From positions 1-61,244 of the IMG/VR virus record IMGVR_UViG_3300021335_001271: a DNA stretch of 61,244 nt; one strand, 5' to 3'. Each line of letters opens with the position of its first letter. The stretch's first letter is position 1. The notes below the pieces were generated by a model that worked only from the letters and a program-made list of their open reading frames with translations, was not told the DNA's origin and did not search any database. A program made the position numbers and the translations under genes. Shown here piece after piece: positions 46,043 through 55,634 of the stretch. The DNA is from a virus (taxonomy: Duplodnaviria; Caudoviricetes).

Positions 46043-46478
46043 ACAACTAAAAAGTGCAGCACCAGCAGCAGCACCTACGCCAGCAGCAGCACCAGCTCCT
46101 GCTCCGGCAGCACCAGTAATTCAACAAGCGGCGCCAGCACCGCAACCTGCAGGGGACTATCATCCAGCAGACGTAAATGGCGATGGAGTTGTTAGCCAAG
46201 AAGAACTAGCAATGGAACTAGAGTTTAGACGCAAAGCACTTGAAGACCAAGATGCAATGCGTGATGCACAACGTAAAATGGCTTGGTTTAGTTTAGCAGG
46301 TATGCTACTGTATCCTTTTGCTGTTGTGCTTGCAGTATTATTACAATTGTCACAGGCAGCAGATGTATTAGGATCAATGGCTGCAACATACTTTGTGTCA
46401 GTTGCTGCAATTGTTGCTGCATTCTTTGGTGGACAGGCATACGCAGGCAAGTCATCAAGTTCAGCTAAAAAACGGTAG
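46023..46478 (+). CDS. EF-hand-containing 2-TM membrane protein (holin candidate)
   Basis: Canonical loop DVNGDGVVSQEE; two TMs; basic C-terminus. Confidence 0.6.
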   Translation: MPRKKPEQLKSAAPAAAPTPAAAPAPAPAAPVIQQAAPAPQPAGDYHPADVNGDGVVSQEELAMELEFRRKALEDQDAMRDAQRKMAWFSLAGMLLYPFAVVLAVLLQLSQAADVLGSMAATYFVSVAAIVAAFFGGQAYAGKSSSSAKKR

Positions 46479-46497
46479 GGTGTAACTAAGTAATAGT

Positions 46498-47313
46498 ATG
46501 GACTATTACAAAACACTTGGCGTACCAAAAAATGCCACACAGGATGATATAAAACGTGCTTATAGAAAATTAGCAAAAGAACATCATCCTGATCGTGGCG
46601 GCGATCAAAAACTATTCCAACAAATAAATGAAGCACACGATACCCTAAAAGATCCTGCTAAAAGACAGCAGTATGATAATCCCCAACCCCGTGCAGATTT
46701 TAATATGAATTCGCAAAATATGAATGATATCTTTAGTCAATTCTTTGGCGGTGGAATGCAGCAGCGTATGCGCAGAAATCGTGACGTTACAATTAACGTT
46801 AGAGTAAGTTTACAAGACGTAATGACAGGCAAAGATGTGGTAGGCAAGTATAGACTAAACAGCGGTAGAGAAGAAGTTGCTAACATAAAAATACCAGCAG
46901 GTGTTGAAGACAATCTTGTTATGCAGTATAGAGGATTAGGTGACGATATTATACCAAATGCACAACGTGGAAATTTAAATGTAAAAGTCACTGTAGAAAA
47001 ACATCCTACTTTTGTAAGAGATAGGTCGCATTTACGCACAAAGTGTAGTATAAATGTATTAGAACTAATTTTAGGCACAGAAGTAATAGTCAATAATTTA
47101 TTAGGCGAACAAGTTAAGGTTAAAATTCCCAAAGGTACAAATCCAGGCACAATATTAAGCATCGCAGGACATGGCTTGCCTGATATGAATACAAGACGTG
47201 TTGGTAATTTATATTTAGAAATTAAAGGTGTAACACCTAAAATAGATAATTGGGATTTAATTGAAAAGGTTAAGGAAATAAAAGATGGAACTAGTATTAG
47301 CACCAGACGGTAG
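46498..47313 (+). CDS. dnaJ: DnaJ/CbpA-type co-chaperone (no zinc finger)
   Basis: DYYKTLGV...HHPDRGG J-domain plus C-terminal domain. Confidence 0.9.
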   Translation: MDYYKTLGVPKNATQDDIKRAYRKLAKEHHPDRGGDQKLFQQINEAHDTLKDPAKRQQYDNPQPRADFNMNSQNMNDIFSQFFGGGMQQRMRRNRDVTINVRVSLQDVMTGKDVVGKYRLNSGREEVANIKIPAGVEDNLVMQYRGLGDDIIPNAQRGNLNVKVTVEKHPTFVRDRSHLRTKCSINVLELILGTEVIVNNLLGEQVKVKIPKGTNPGTILSIAGHGLPDMNTRRVGNLYLEIKGVTPKIDNWDLIEKVKEIKDGTSISTRR

Positions 47314-47809
47314 ATTAGAAACAAAACTAGAACGATTTGATTTTGCACAAATGCATCCTGCTCCTGTTGCACTAGACATGATGGATTTGATGAACAAGCA
47401 CAATGGATTAGGATTGAGTGCTAACCAAGTTGGATTTCCATGGCAAATTTTTGTTATGCGTACAATTATTAACAAAAGGCTAGGATCTCCAATTGTTGTT
47501 ATGAATCCAATTATCAAAGGACTTAGTGAAGAAATTGAAGCAGGTGTAGAGGGCTGTTTGAGCCACCCTGATCTTATTCTAAAAGTTAGACGTCCAATCA
47601 GTTGTATGGTAGAATTTGATACCTTGACAAATGACATGAAAGATGTTATACACGTAGAGGAAAAGTTTGATGATATTGATGCACGTATCTTCTTACACGA
47701 ATACGATCACTTGTACGGTATTCAGTTCATCGATAGAGTAAGCAAATTAAAACTAGAAATGGCAGAAAAGCGCAGACTTAAAAAACAAAAAAGGAAAGTT
47801 AATGGTTGA
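47285..47809 (+). CDS. def: Peptide deformylase
   Basis: GLGLSANQVG, EGCLS, HEYDHLYG. Confidence 0.95.
   Translation: MELVLAPDGRLETKLERFDFAQMHPAPVALDMMDLMNKHNGLGLSANQVGFPWQIFVMRTIINKRLGSPIVVMNPIIKGLSEEIEAGVEGCLSHPDLILKVRRPISCMVEFDTLTNDMKDVIHVEEKFDDIDARIFLHEYDHLYGIQFIDRVSKLKLEMAEKRRLKKQKRKVNG
47624..47652 (+). promoter_or_regulatory. Possible sigma70 promoter for clpA, inside def
   Basis: TTGACA, N17, TATACA with extended TG. Confidence 0.4.
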
Positions 47810-50051
47810 ACCTAGCAAAGAGTTACAAGCTGTATTTGACAAAGCAGTGAAAGATGCAAGAGTATTAAAGCATGAATATGTAACTCTTGAACACTTGCTG
47901 TATGCAATGCTTTGTGAAGAAACATTTAGCACAATTGTAAATGGGTATGGTGCAGATGTAGAATACATTAAAAAAGAGCTAGAACTGTATCTTAAAACAA
48001 AACTAGATGATATTAAAATTGAATTGGAAGGCAAGTGGAAGCCTAAGAAAACAAGCACAGTTGAACGTGTGTTAAACCGTGCGTTTACACAGGTTCTTTT
48101 CCAAGGTAGAAATGATATACAAATTTCAGATGTATTTACAAGTATTCTTGCTGAGAAAAAAAGCTGGGCATATTTTATTACACAAAAAGTTGGTATTGAA
48201 AAGAGCAAGTTCCAAAACTATCTCAGCAACGAAAGCGATATCTTTGATAACGAAGAAGAAGCAGTTAATCAAGGTGCTGCAAACAAAGCACTAAGAGACT
48301 TTACAACTGATCTAAATGAACAAGTAAAAGTTAATAAAATTGATCCTGTGATTGGACGTAACGAAGAAATTGAACAGGTTGCTCTTGCGTTAGGACGTAG
48401 GACAAAAAGCAACGTGCTTATGGTAGGCGATCCAGGTGTAGGTAAAACTGCTATTGCAGAAGGACTTGCTTTCCAAATTGTACAAGGCAATGTGCCTGAA
48501 TTCTTAAAAGAATACAAGGTTTATAGTTTAGACATTGGTGCTATGCTTGCTGGATCAAAGTATAGAGGTGATTTTGAAGAGCGTTTTAAAATGGTATTGC
48601 AAGGACTAAAAGGCAAAGGCAAAACCATTATGTTTATTGACGAAGCACACATGATTTCGGGCGCAGGTGCAGGAGGTGGAAACAGTGCAAATGACTTGGC
48701 TAATATGTTGAAGCCAGCATTGGCAAAAGGCAACATCAGTGTTGTTGCAAGCACCACTTGGGAAGAGTATCGCAAGTACTTTGAAAAGGATCGTGCGTTG
48801 ATGCGCAGATTCCAGCGTGTAACAGTAGATGAGCCTAGCAAAGAAACAACGCTGGAAATCCTCAAAGGTGTTAGGAAGTACTATGAGGAGTTCCACGGTG
48901 TGTTAATTGAAGATGATGCACTACAGGCCAGTATTGATTTGAGTTGTAAATATCAAACTGACAAAAAATTGCCAGATAAAGCAATTGACCTGATTGATGT
49001 TGCGTGTGCTAGATTTAAAGTGCGTGATATCACAGAAAATAAAATAGTTAATAAAGACAGCATCCAATATGAACTTGCAAAAATGATCAAGTTGCCTGAA
49101 GAACAGGTTAAAGAACGTGAAAGCGAAAACTTGGCACACTTGGAAGAAAACTTGAAGAAAGTTGTGTATGGACAAGACCAAGCAATTGAAGATATTGTTG
49201 ATAAAATCCTAGTTGCACAAGCAGGACTTAAAAGCGAAAACAAACCAATTGGATCGTTTGTGTTTATGGGTCCAACAGGTGTAGGTAAAACAGAACTCGC
49301 TAAACAGTTGAGCAGTCAAATGGGTGTGAAACTTGTGCGTTTTGATATGAGTGAATATCAAGAGAAACACAGTGTATCCAAGTTGATTGGTTCACCTCCG
49401 GGTTATGTAGGTTATGAAGATAACGCAGGCGGTTTGTTGATTGAGAAATTACAAGAAAATCCAAACTGTGTATTGTTGCTTGATGAAATTGAAAAAGCAC
49501 ACCCAGATGTCAGCAGTATTCTATTGCAGATCATGGACAATGGTACTATTACGGGTAGCAATGGTAAAGAAGCAGATGCACGTAATTGTACGTTGATTCT
49601 TACTACAAACTTAGGTGCGCAAGATGCAGAAAAGAACGCCATTGGTTTTGGTGATAGTTTTGAGAAGGACTATGAAGACACTAGTTTGAAAAAGTTCTTT
49701 ACACCAGAGTTCCGTAATAGACTAGATGGCGTGATTACATTTGGCAAGTTAAGCAAAGAAGTTATGCTAAAAATTGTTGGCAAGTTCTTGTTGGAACTAA
49801 AGTCTCAAGTTGTTGCAAAAGACATTGCTATTACTATCACAGACGAAGCATTGGATCATTTGGTAGATGCAGGCTTTGATAGGAAAATGGGTGCTCGTCC
49901 ATTACAGCGTGTAATTGATAATGAGATTAAACGTCCATTGTCAAAACTGATGTTGTTTGGTGATTTACGCAACGGCGGTAGTGTAACAATTGATTACAGA
50001 CAAGATGAGCTAAAGTTGGATTGCGAAATCGAAGAACATGAGACTGTATGA
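47802..50051 (+). CDS. clpA: ATP-dependent Clp protease ATP-binding subunit ClpA
   Basis: N-domain HEYVTLEHLL; two AAA modules (GDPGVGKT, GPTGVGKT); no M-domain; ClpP-docking IGF loop. Confidence 0.93.
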   Translation: MVEPSKELQAVFDKAVKDARVLKHEYVTLEHLLYAMLCEETFSTIVNGYGADVEYIKKELELYLKTKLDDIKIELEGKWKPKKTSTVERVLNRAFTQVLFQGRNDIQISDVFTSILAEKKSWAYFITQKVGIEKSKFQNYLSNESDIFDNEEEAVNQGAANKALRDFTTDLNEQVKVNKIDPVIGRNEEIEQVALALGRRTKSNVLMVGDPGVGKTAIAEGLAFQIVQGNVPEFLKEYKVYSLDIGAMLAGSKYRGDFEERFKMVLQGLKGKGKTIMFIDEAHMISGAGAGGGNSANDLANMLKPALAKGNISVVASTTWEEYRKYFEKDRALMRRFQRVTVDEPSKETTLEILKGVRKYYEEFHGVLIEDDALQASIDLSCKYQTDKKLPDKAIDLIDVACARFKVRDITENKIVNKDSIQYELAKMIKLPEEQVKERESENLAHLEENLKKVVYGQDQAIEDIVDKILVAQAGLKSENKPIGSFVFMGPTGVGKTELAKQLSSQMGVKLVRFDMSEYQEKHSVSKLIGSPPGYVGYEDNAGGLLIEKLQENPNCVLLLDEIEKAHPDVSSILLQIMDNGTITGSNGKEADARNCTLILTTNLGAQDAEKNAIGFGDSFEKDYEDTSLKKFFTPEFRNRLDGVITFGKLSKEVMLKIVGKFLLELKSQVVAKDIAITITDEALDHLVDAGFDRKMGARPLQRVIDNEIKRPLSKLMLFGDLRNGGSVTIDYRQDELKLDCEIEEHETV

Positions 50052-50730
50052 AAGTAAAAAACTACACTATGGCAAGTACCTTTACAAACTTGCCATAGTG
50101 AATAGCCTTGCTAGTTATTTTAGAACAGAGTTCCAGCCCAAAGGCGACCTAAAATGGTGTAAAAAAAGACTTGACGAAGTACAGAGTTTCTTTAGACCAA
50201 ACACACAATATATAGAAAAACCTTGGGGTAACGGTGGCAGATTTAAAGACACAATTCCTGTGGAACATTTCTTTGATGCTATAGACATTTATAGACATTT
50301 AAAAAAACACACAGAATACAAAATACGCTGTGAAATGAATACACTACACATTTATTCTAATGATAGAAAAATGATTGTGGATTTAGGAAATAAATTAAGA
50401 CAACGTTATGTTGAATTGTGGGAACCAAATCCAAACAATGTAACACTATTACAAAACAACACAAATATTATATTGGTTAATAAAACACCAGAATATGAAT
50501 ACAAAATTACACTAGGTAAAAAACCAGGACAACCTAGTTTAGCAAAGTGGGTTGATAACAATCCCAAACTGGCAAAAATGGGCGAAATAGCAAAAGAAGA
50601 ATGTCTCAAAGGTGGCTACATTAAAGGTTATTACTTCCATGTGAGAGACAACAAAGCATTGAGTCTTGCACAGTTGTTGGTAGGTGACAACATACAAAGA
50701 ATAGATAAATTTGTGTATGTGCCTACATAG
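50038..50730 (+). CDS. Hypothetical protein
   Basis: Overlap-coupled ORF. Confidence 0.75.
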   Translation: MRLYESKKLHYGKYLYKLAIVNSLASYFRTEFQPKGDLKWCKKRLDEVQSFFRPNTQYIEKPWGNGGRFKDTIPVEHFFDAIDIYRHLKKHTEYKIRCEMNTLHIYSNDRKMIVDLGNKLRQRYVELWEPNPNNVTLLQNNTNIILVNKTPEYEYKITLGKKPGQPSLAKWVDNNPKLAKMGEIAKEECLKGGYIKGYYFHVRDNKALSLAQLLVGDNIQRIDKFVYVPT

Positions 50731-50741
50731 ATAAATACTGT

Positions 50742-52688
50742 ATGGAACATTTTATCAATATCATTTACAAAGAAAATGCGGACTCTCACGGGATAGCCGA
50801 GTGTATTGCAAGTGGCTCAAATATACTTACAGAAAGCAGTATTGATTTTTACACAGGTGAGTTAGACACCAATGAAAAAATTATTACAATGGCATTGCCT
50901 GAAGCAGTTAAAGATATTGATAATGCAGCACAGGACATTGCTATGAGACTTTTTGAATTTGGACTAAAAGATTTTGATATTGAAATCACAGAAGATGAAA
51001 CTATTGCACGTACATTAAGACGTGGTATGCGTGGTGATGATGTCAAACGCATACAAAGAGAAATTGGTATGCCGGCAGCAGACCAAGATGGTATTTTTGG
51101 TCCAAAAACCGAACGTGCTGTAAGAGCATTCCAGCAAAATGCAGGTATCCAAGTTGATGGTATTGTAGGACAACAAACACAAAGTGCTATATTAAAATAT
51201 AGAATGCCGGGCACAGGTGTGGCTGTGCAACAACCAGGTCCTGCATACATTGATGCACCATATCCTAAAACACAGCCTCCAGTAGGTAAAAGCGAGTTAA
51301 GGAAAAGAAAAGAACGTGAAAGAAATCTCAAGGTAGCAACACCTCCGGAAAGAAAAGTAGGACAATTGCCAAGAGATCAAAAATCTGGTGGTGTTGGTGT
51401 TGGTGTTTATGACCCAGACAAAAACGATCCTAGAGACGATAGCCTCAGTGGCTTTAGAAAAGGTGAAGCACCAAAAAGTATGTTTGCTACAGGGAAAGCC
51501 GGACACGAAGATAAAGGATATGCTTATGTTATTCCTGCACCAGAAGGATTAGGTTATTCAGTAATTCTTCCAGGTGGAGATCTTTGGAGAGAACTTAACA
51601 ATGGTATGGGCAGAAGCAGCAGCGAAGAAAAAGCACAATCAGCAGCAGATCGTATTAACAAACAACAAGGATTAACAGTACCAACAGGCGGCGATGATGT
51701 AGAAGTTGATACATCAAAAATAACTAAGCCTGAAATAGTTACTCCACAAGGATTAGGAAAACCATCTGATTCGGGTGATTCAAATTTTCAAGGCGGAAGT
51801 AGTATAACTGGTACAGGGACAACAAGTGGTCCGGCTGGTATGACTGCACCTGATACAGACGATGAATTTAGTGTAGATCCAAATGATGCAACGCAAAGAC
51901 AAAATATTCAGCAACAAAAGTGGGAAAAGAAATACGGTAGTGCTCCAAGAGATTTAAGTGCAGGACTACCTGCAGAATTTACAACACAATATTTAAATCC
52001 AGCACTAGATGATTTAACAAGCGATGCAGCAAAGGATCTTGCTACGGAATTAAAAGGCGCACCACCGCCAGTGGCTAGACTTGTAATGGATAGAATGGAA
52101 AAAATGTTAGGTATTGAAGACGGTGATGAAATACTAGATATGGCAAGAGAAATTGAACAAGAAGAGCCTGATCAAGCAAGTGCGCTATCTACATTAGCAG
52201 AAATTTACAAACAATTAGAGGATACAGCAATGCCAAAAGATGAAAGCGTATCACCACGTCCAAAAGGTGCATTTATGTTCCGTGAGCGTAACGAATGGAA
52301 TGCTCAATTTAGAAACACACACAACATTGATGGTACTCCTAAACAACTTACAGAAAGCATCGAAGACTACGAAGTAACTTATGAAGACGATGATAAGTTT
52401 TACGAAGACTATGGCGTTATGTGGTACAACGAAGATGAAGTAGTTGATGAAGCTGAATACCAAGGACGCAAAGTTAAACTAGGCAAGCCTATGGCAGGTG
52501 ATGTTAAGAAGTTTAAAGTGTATGTGAAGAATCCAAAAGGCAATGTTGTAAAAGTTAATTTTGGACAAAAAGGTGTTAAGATTAAAAAAGACAATCCTAA
52601 CCGCAGAAGAAGTTTCCGTGCTAGACACAACTGTGATAATCCAGGACCACGTCACAAGGCACGTTATTGGAGTTGCAGAAAATGGTAA
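50742..52688 (+). CDS. Multi-module protein with peptidoglycan-binding domain and basic Cys-containing C-terminal module
   Basis: LRRGMRGDDVKRIQ...DGIFGPKTERAVRAFQ...DGIVG; C-terminal FRARHNC...YWSCRKW. Confidence 0.8.
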   Translation: MEHFINIIYKENADSHGIAECIASGSNILTESSIDFYTGELDTNEKIITMALPEAVKDIDNAAQDIAMRLFEFGLKDFDIEITEDETIARTLRRGMRGDDVKRIQREIGMPAADQDGIFGPKTERAVRAFQQNAGIQVDGIVGQQTQSAILKYRMPGTGVAVQQPGPAYIDAPYPKTQPPVGKSELRKRKERERNLKVATPPERKVGQLPRDQKSGGVGVGVYDPDKNDPRDDSLSGFRKGEAPKSMFATGKAGHEDKGYAYVIPAPEGLGYSVILPGGDLWRELNNGMGRSSSEEKAQSAADRINKQQGLTVPTGGDDVEVDTSKITKPEIVTPQGLGKPSDSGDSNFQGGSSITGTGTTSGPAGMTAPDTDDEFSVDPNDATQRQNIQQQKWEKKYGSAPRDLSAGLPAEFTTQYLNPALDDLTSDAAKDLATELKGAPPPVARLVMDRMEKMLGIEDGDEILDMAREIEQEEPDQASALSTLAEIYKQLEDTAMPKDESVSPRPKGAFMFRERNEWNAQFRNTHNIDGTPKQLTESIEDYEVTYEDDDKFYEDYGVMWYNEDEVVDEAEYQGRKVKLGKPMAGDVKKFKVYVKNPKGNVVKVNFGQKGVKIKKDNPNRRRSFRARHNCDNPGPRHKARYWSCRKW

Positions 52689-53011
52689 AAATTAATGAAT
52701 TCCACGACATGGATATTCCACAAGAAATAATCCCAAAGCCGGATTATGATGTACCTAGTGATTTGTTGATTTTTATGCGTAACGATCCAATGTTTTATCG
52801 CAAGAACTTTTTTCCAGCAATAGAAAGTTACAAAGAAGATACAAAAAACACTGCACCACTGGAAAATATGGTAAAGCGTGGGCTAGGTGAATATTGTAAT
52901 AAATTTAAAATTGAAAATCCAAAAGAAGAACTTATGGGCGAAGGCGACATTATTGATTTGGTGCGTACTATAATTGCTGACGAAATGGAAGATCAGGATG
53001 AAAATAAGTGA
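52682..53011 (+). CDS. Hypothetical protein
   Basis: Overlap-coupled; starts MVKINEF. Confidence 0.7.
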   Translation: MVKINEFHDMDIPQEIIPKPDYDVPSDLLIFMRNDPMFYRKNFFPAIESYKEDTKNTAPLENMVKRGLGEYCNKFKIENPKEELMGEGDIIDLVRTIIADEMEDQDENK

Positions 53012-53204
53012 TATATTGGATAGAATTTGGAAAGGTCCTGCAGATAACTTCAGTGCTATGATGACAGCAGTGGTAGCAATGTATGCCAGAACTAGACGTC
53101 ATCCTAAATCAGTGCCCGACGAATATATGAAAATGTTAAAAAAACAATTTCCTGATGCAAAACCATTGGATATGCGCAGAGCTATAGAAAAGGCTGACAT
53201 ATAA
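52998..53204 (+). CDS. Small hypothetical protein (putative internal head protein)
   Basis: Starts MKISDIL. Confidence 0.6.
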   Translation: MKISDILDRIWKGPADNFSAMMTAVVAMYARTRRHPKSVPDEYMKMLKKQFPDAKPLDMRRAIEKADI

Positions 53205-53407
53205 TGGATATAGCAGAATTACAACACTTAGCAGGCATACGCAATAAGTTCACAGGTTTTACTCCATATGTTCCTGAAAACATGAGTATTACTGGTACAG
53301 AAAAATCTAAAATACAACGAAAGAAAAAAATACAACCAGGCACCGAAGAATGGTTCAAACTATGGTTTAGCCAACCACACTTAACAGGGGAGAAACCAGT
53401 AGATTGA
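53204..53407 (+). CDS. Small hypothetical protein
   Basis: TAATG-coupled; L..LAGI, PGTEEWF.LWF. Confidence 0.7.
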   Translation: MDIAELQHLAGIRNKFTGFTPYVPENMSITGTEKSKIQRKKKIQPGTEEWFKLWFSQPHLTGEKPVD

Positions 53408-53622
53408 AACGCTGGCTTTACAAAACTTGGCGCAGTTGGAATCCGTGGTATACACTTGAAGTTGATTACCGTGGTACAACCAAGCGAATTATTGTAAAAG
53501 ACTTTAAAAAGAAAACACCTAAGCACATAAAAGGTATTAACAGTGACGGTGAATGGTTTGAATTAAAAAGTGATGCACCTATGGACTATTATGTACAAGA
53601 ATACAAGGCAGATTTACAATGA
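53404..53622 (+). CDS. Small hypothetical protein
   Basis: TTGA overlap with the upstream stop. Confidence 0.6.
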   Translation: MKRWLYKTWRSWNPWYTLEVDYRGTTKRIIVKDFKKKTPKHIKGINSDGEWFELKSDAPMDYYVQEYKADLQ

Positions 53623-54359
53623 GAATACACCATATAGATGAAGGCGTTGGACGTATCGTAAAAGGTGTCAATACTACAGTTGATGTAGGTGTTGATCAAA
53701 CACGTATCGAAGCAGCAAAGTTTGGCAATAAAGTGGATAAAGACGGGCGTCCTCCAACACTTTCAAAGAAAGTTAAAGGCAATAGCACAAATGTAATGTA
53801 CAATTTAGGTATGGTAAAAGAACAACGTTATACAGCAGCCGAATGGGCTATTATGGAAGGTGGACATACGTTAGAAGAAACCACACCACAACTTAAAAAG
53901 CCAGGTAGAATATTTGCAGCACTTACAGAAGATGTAAAAATAGACAACAAAGAAGGTTGGGGTTCTGTACCTTGGAATCAAGAAGTAGACTATAGAGGTT
54001 TGCGTGTTAAAATGAAACCAAGTGTATTCATCAACCTAGCAGCAAGTCGCAACGGCGAACCACCTGTGCCTAAAGTAGTACAATATGTAAAAGACGGAGG
54101 TGCTATTGGTGCTCCGTTCCTACAAATATTTGTAGATGATGATGACAGTCAAATACCAGAAGTGCGTGGTCACGAAGGACGCAGCCGAATGGCTGCTATA
54201 TTAGAAGTACACGGTGACGTACCAGTAGAAACACACTTGTTCTTCCAAGGTAAAGTAAATCGCAACAGACACATTACACCAGAGTTTGTTGAAAAGATTC
54301 AAAGATATTTAATCAGCGAAAATGACAAAATGGTAAGAGGGCCACTGTTTGAGATTTAG
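53619..54359 (+). CDS. Putative internal head protein with ParB/Srx-like C-terminal domain
   Basis: MRIHHIDE start; PFL...VRGHEGRSRMAA resembles the ParB-N G..R motif. Confidence 0.6.
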   Translation: MRIHHIDEGVGRIVKGVNTTVDVGVDQTRIEAAKFGNKVDKDGRPPTLSKKVKGNSTNVMYNLGMVKEQRYTAAEWAIMEGGHTLEETTPQLKKPGRIFAALTEDVKIDNKEGWGSVPWNQEVDYRGLRVKMKPSVFINLAASRNGEPPVPKVVQYVKDGGAIGAPFLQIFVDDDDSQIPEVRGHEGRSRMAAILEVHGDVPVETHLFFQGKVNRNRHITPEFVEKIQRYLISENDKMVRGPLFEI

Positions 54360-54549
54360 TGAGATCATAGAAAACTTTGCTGACGGTAAGAAAAAAGGCA
54401 AAAGCAGACCAGGGCGTGTAAAACGTTCAGGTGCTAGTTGTAAAGGATCGGTGACTGATTTGCGCAAACGTGCAAAGAAGTATTCAGGCGAACGTGGTAA
54501 AATGTACCATTGGTGTGCTAATATGAAAAGTGGAAGAAAGAAAAAATAA
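54349..54549 (+). CDS. Small basic putative internal head protein
   Basis: MRFSEIIE, then a Lys/Arg-rich module with two Cys. Confidence 0.7.
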   Translation: MRFSEIIENFADGKKKGKSRPGRVKRSGASCKGSVTDLRKRAKKYSGERGKMYHWCANMKSGRKKK

Positions 54550-54653
54550 TGGATATAGAGTATTACGTTAAAAAACTTAAAGAACACGAAGAACAAAGAA
54601 CTAGCACTAACGAACGTAATAACTTTTGGAGGCAATACAATGAAAATAAATGA
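54549..54653 (+). CDS. 34-aa peptide, not in the ORF track
   Basis: TAATG-coupled; MDIEYYVKKLKEHEEQRTSTNERNNFWRQYNENK*. Confidence 0.45.
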   Translation: MDIEYYVKKLKEHEEQRTSTNERNNFWRQYNENK

Positions 54654-54828
54654 ACTATGTGAAACAACAGCAGCCGCAGTAGCAACAGTAGCCACTCCAG
54701 TAGGCGGTATGATCAGTCGTCAAATGAAAAACCCAGACGGTACTGCTAAAAATGCACTAGATGTTGATACAAACCTACTAGGTGGAAAAGCAAAGAAGAA
54801 GAAGGCAAAGAGCTCTAAAGATAAATAG
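54640..54828 (+). CDS. Small putative internal head protein
   Basis: SD GGAGG; MKINELCE-TTAAAVATVA. Confidence 0.7.
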   Translation: MKINELCETTAAAVATVATPVGGMISRQMKNPDGTAKNALDVDTNLLGGKAKKKKAKSSKDK

Positions 54829-54855
54829 TATAGTAATTACTATTGGAGCATTATA

Positions 54856-55509
54856 ATGACTGAAAAAGCCACAAAAGAAAGCGGCCTTCAAAGACATATC
54901 GGTATTAAAAAATACGGTAAAAAAGGTTTTGAGGAACTACAGAAGGCCGGTCGCGAAGGCGCAAGCGAAGAAGAAAAAGGCGCAATCAAAGATAAACATC
55001 TTCCTAAAAAGAAAACAAATGAAGGATTAGCGGATCTTGCTGATATGGCAGAACGTGATCACGAAGTACAAATGGCACGTAGCGATTTGTATAAAATTGC
55101 CAAGTATGCTATCAAACTTCACGAAATGATGAAAAACGTAAGTGAAGCAGAAGGAATTGAAGGATGGCAACAAGCAAAAATCACAAAAGCAGCAGACTAT
55201 TTAGGTAGTGTATATCACGCACTAGACTATGACACAAAGTTTGAAAGTGTTGAGATTCCAGAAGATGCAAAACCAAAGCAACATAAGCGTGTGTTAAGCG
55301 ACAGCGAAGTAAAATCATACAAGGGTAGTTTAGCAAGCAAACTAGCGGAAGCAAAAGGTGTTTGCCCAGACTGCGGAAACCCAAGTTACACAACACTACC
55401 AGAAGAAAAACAAAAAGGTGTTGATGGCAAAGTATGCTGGAAAGGATACAAGCGTATGGGCACAAAGAAAAAGGGCGGTAAAACCGTAGATAACTGCGTT
55501 AAAATGTAA
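54856..55509 (+). CDS. Multi-module hypothetical protein
   Basis: Modules DHEVQMA...WQQAKITKAADYL, CPDCG and CWKGYK...NCVK. Confidence 0.8.
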   Translation: MTEKATKESGLQRHIGIKKYGKKGFEELQKAGREGASEEEKGAIKDKHLPKKKTNEGLADLADMAERDHEVQMARSDLYKIAKYAIKLHEMMKNVSEAEGIEGWQQAKITKAADYLGSVYHALDYDTKFESVEIPEDAKPKQHKRVLSDSEVKSYKGSLASKLAEAKGVCPDCGNPSYTTLPEEKQKGVDGKVCWKGYKRMGTKKKGGKTVDNCVKM

Positions 55510-55634
55510 TGAAAATTAAAGAAGTCATATCGGAAAAATGGAGCGCAAAATACAAGAAAAGTATTAACTGCTCCAATCCAAAAGGCTTCTCACAAAAGGC
55601 ACATTGCGCTGGCAAAAAGAAAAGGAAAAAGTAA
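55509..55634 (+). CDS. 41-aa basic putative internal head protein, not in the ORF track
   Basis: TAATG-coupled at both ends; MKIKEVISE-KWSAKYKKSINCSNPKGFSQKAHCAGKKKRKK*. Confidence 0.75.
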   Translation: MKIKEVISEKWSAKYKKSINCSNPKGFSQKAHCAGKKKRKK

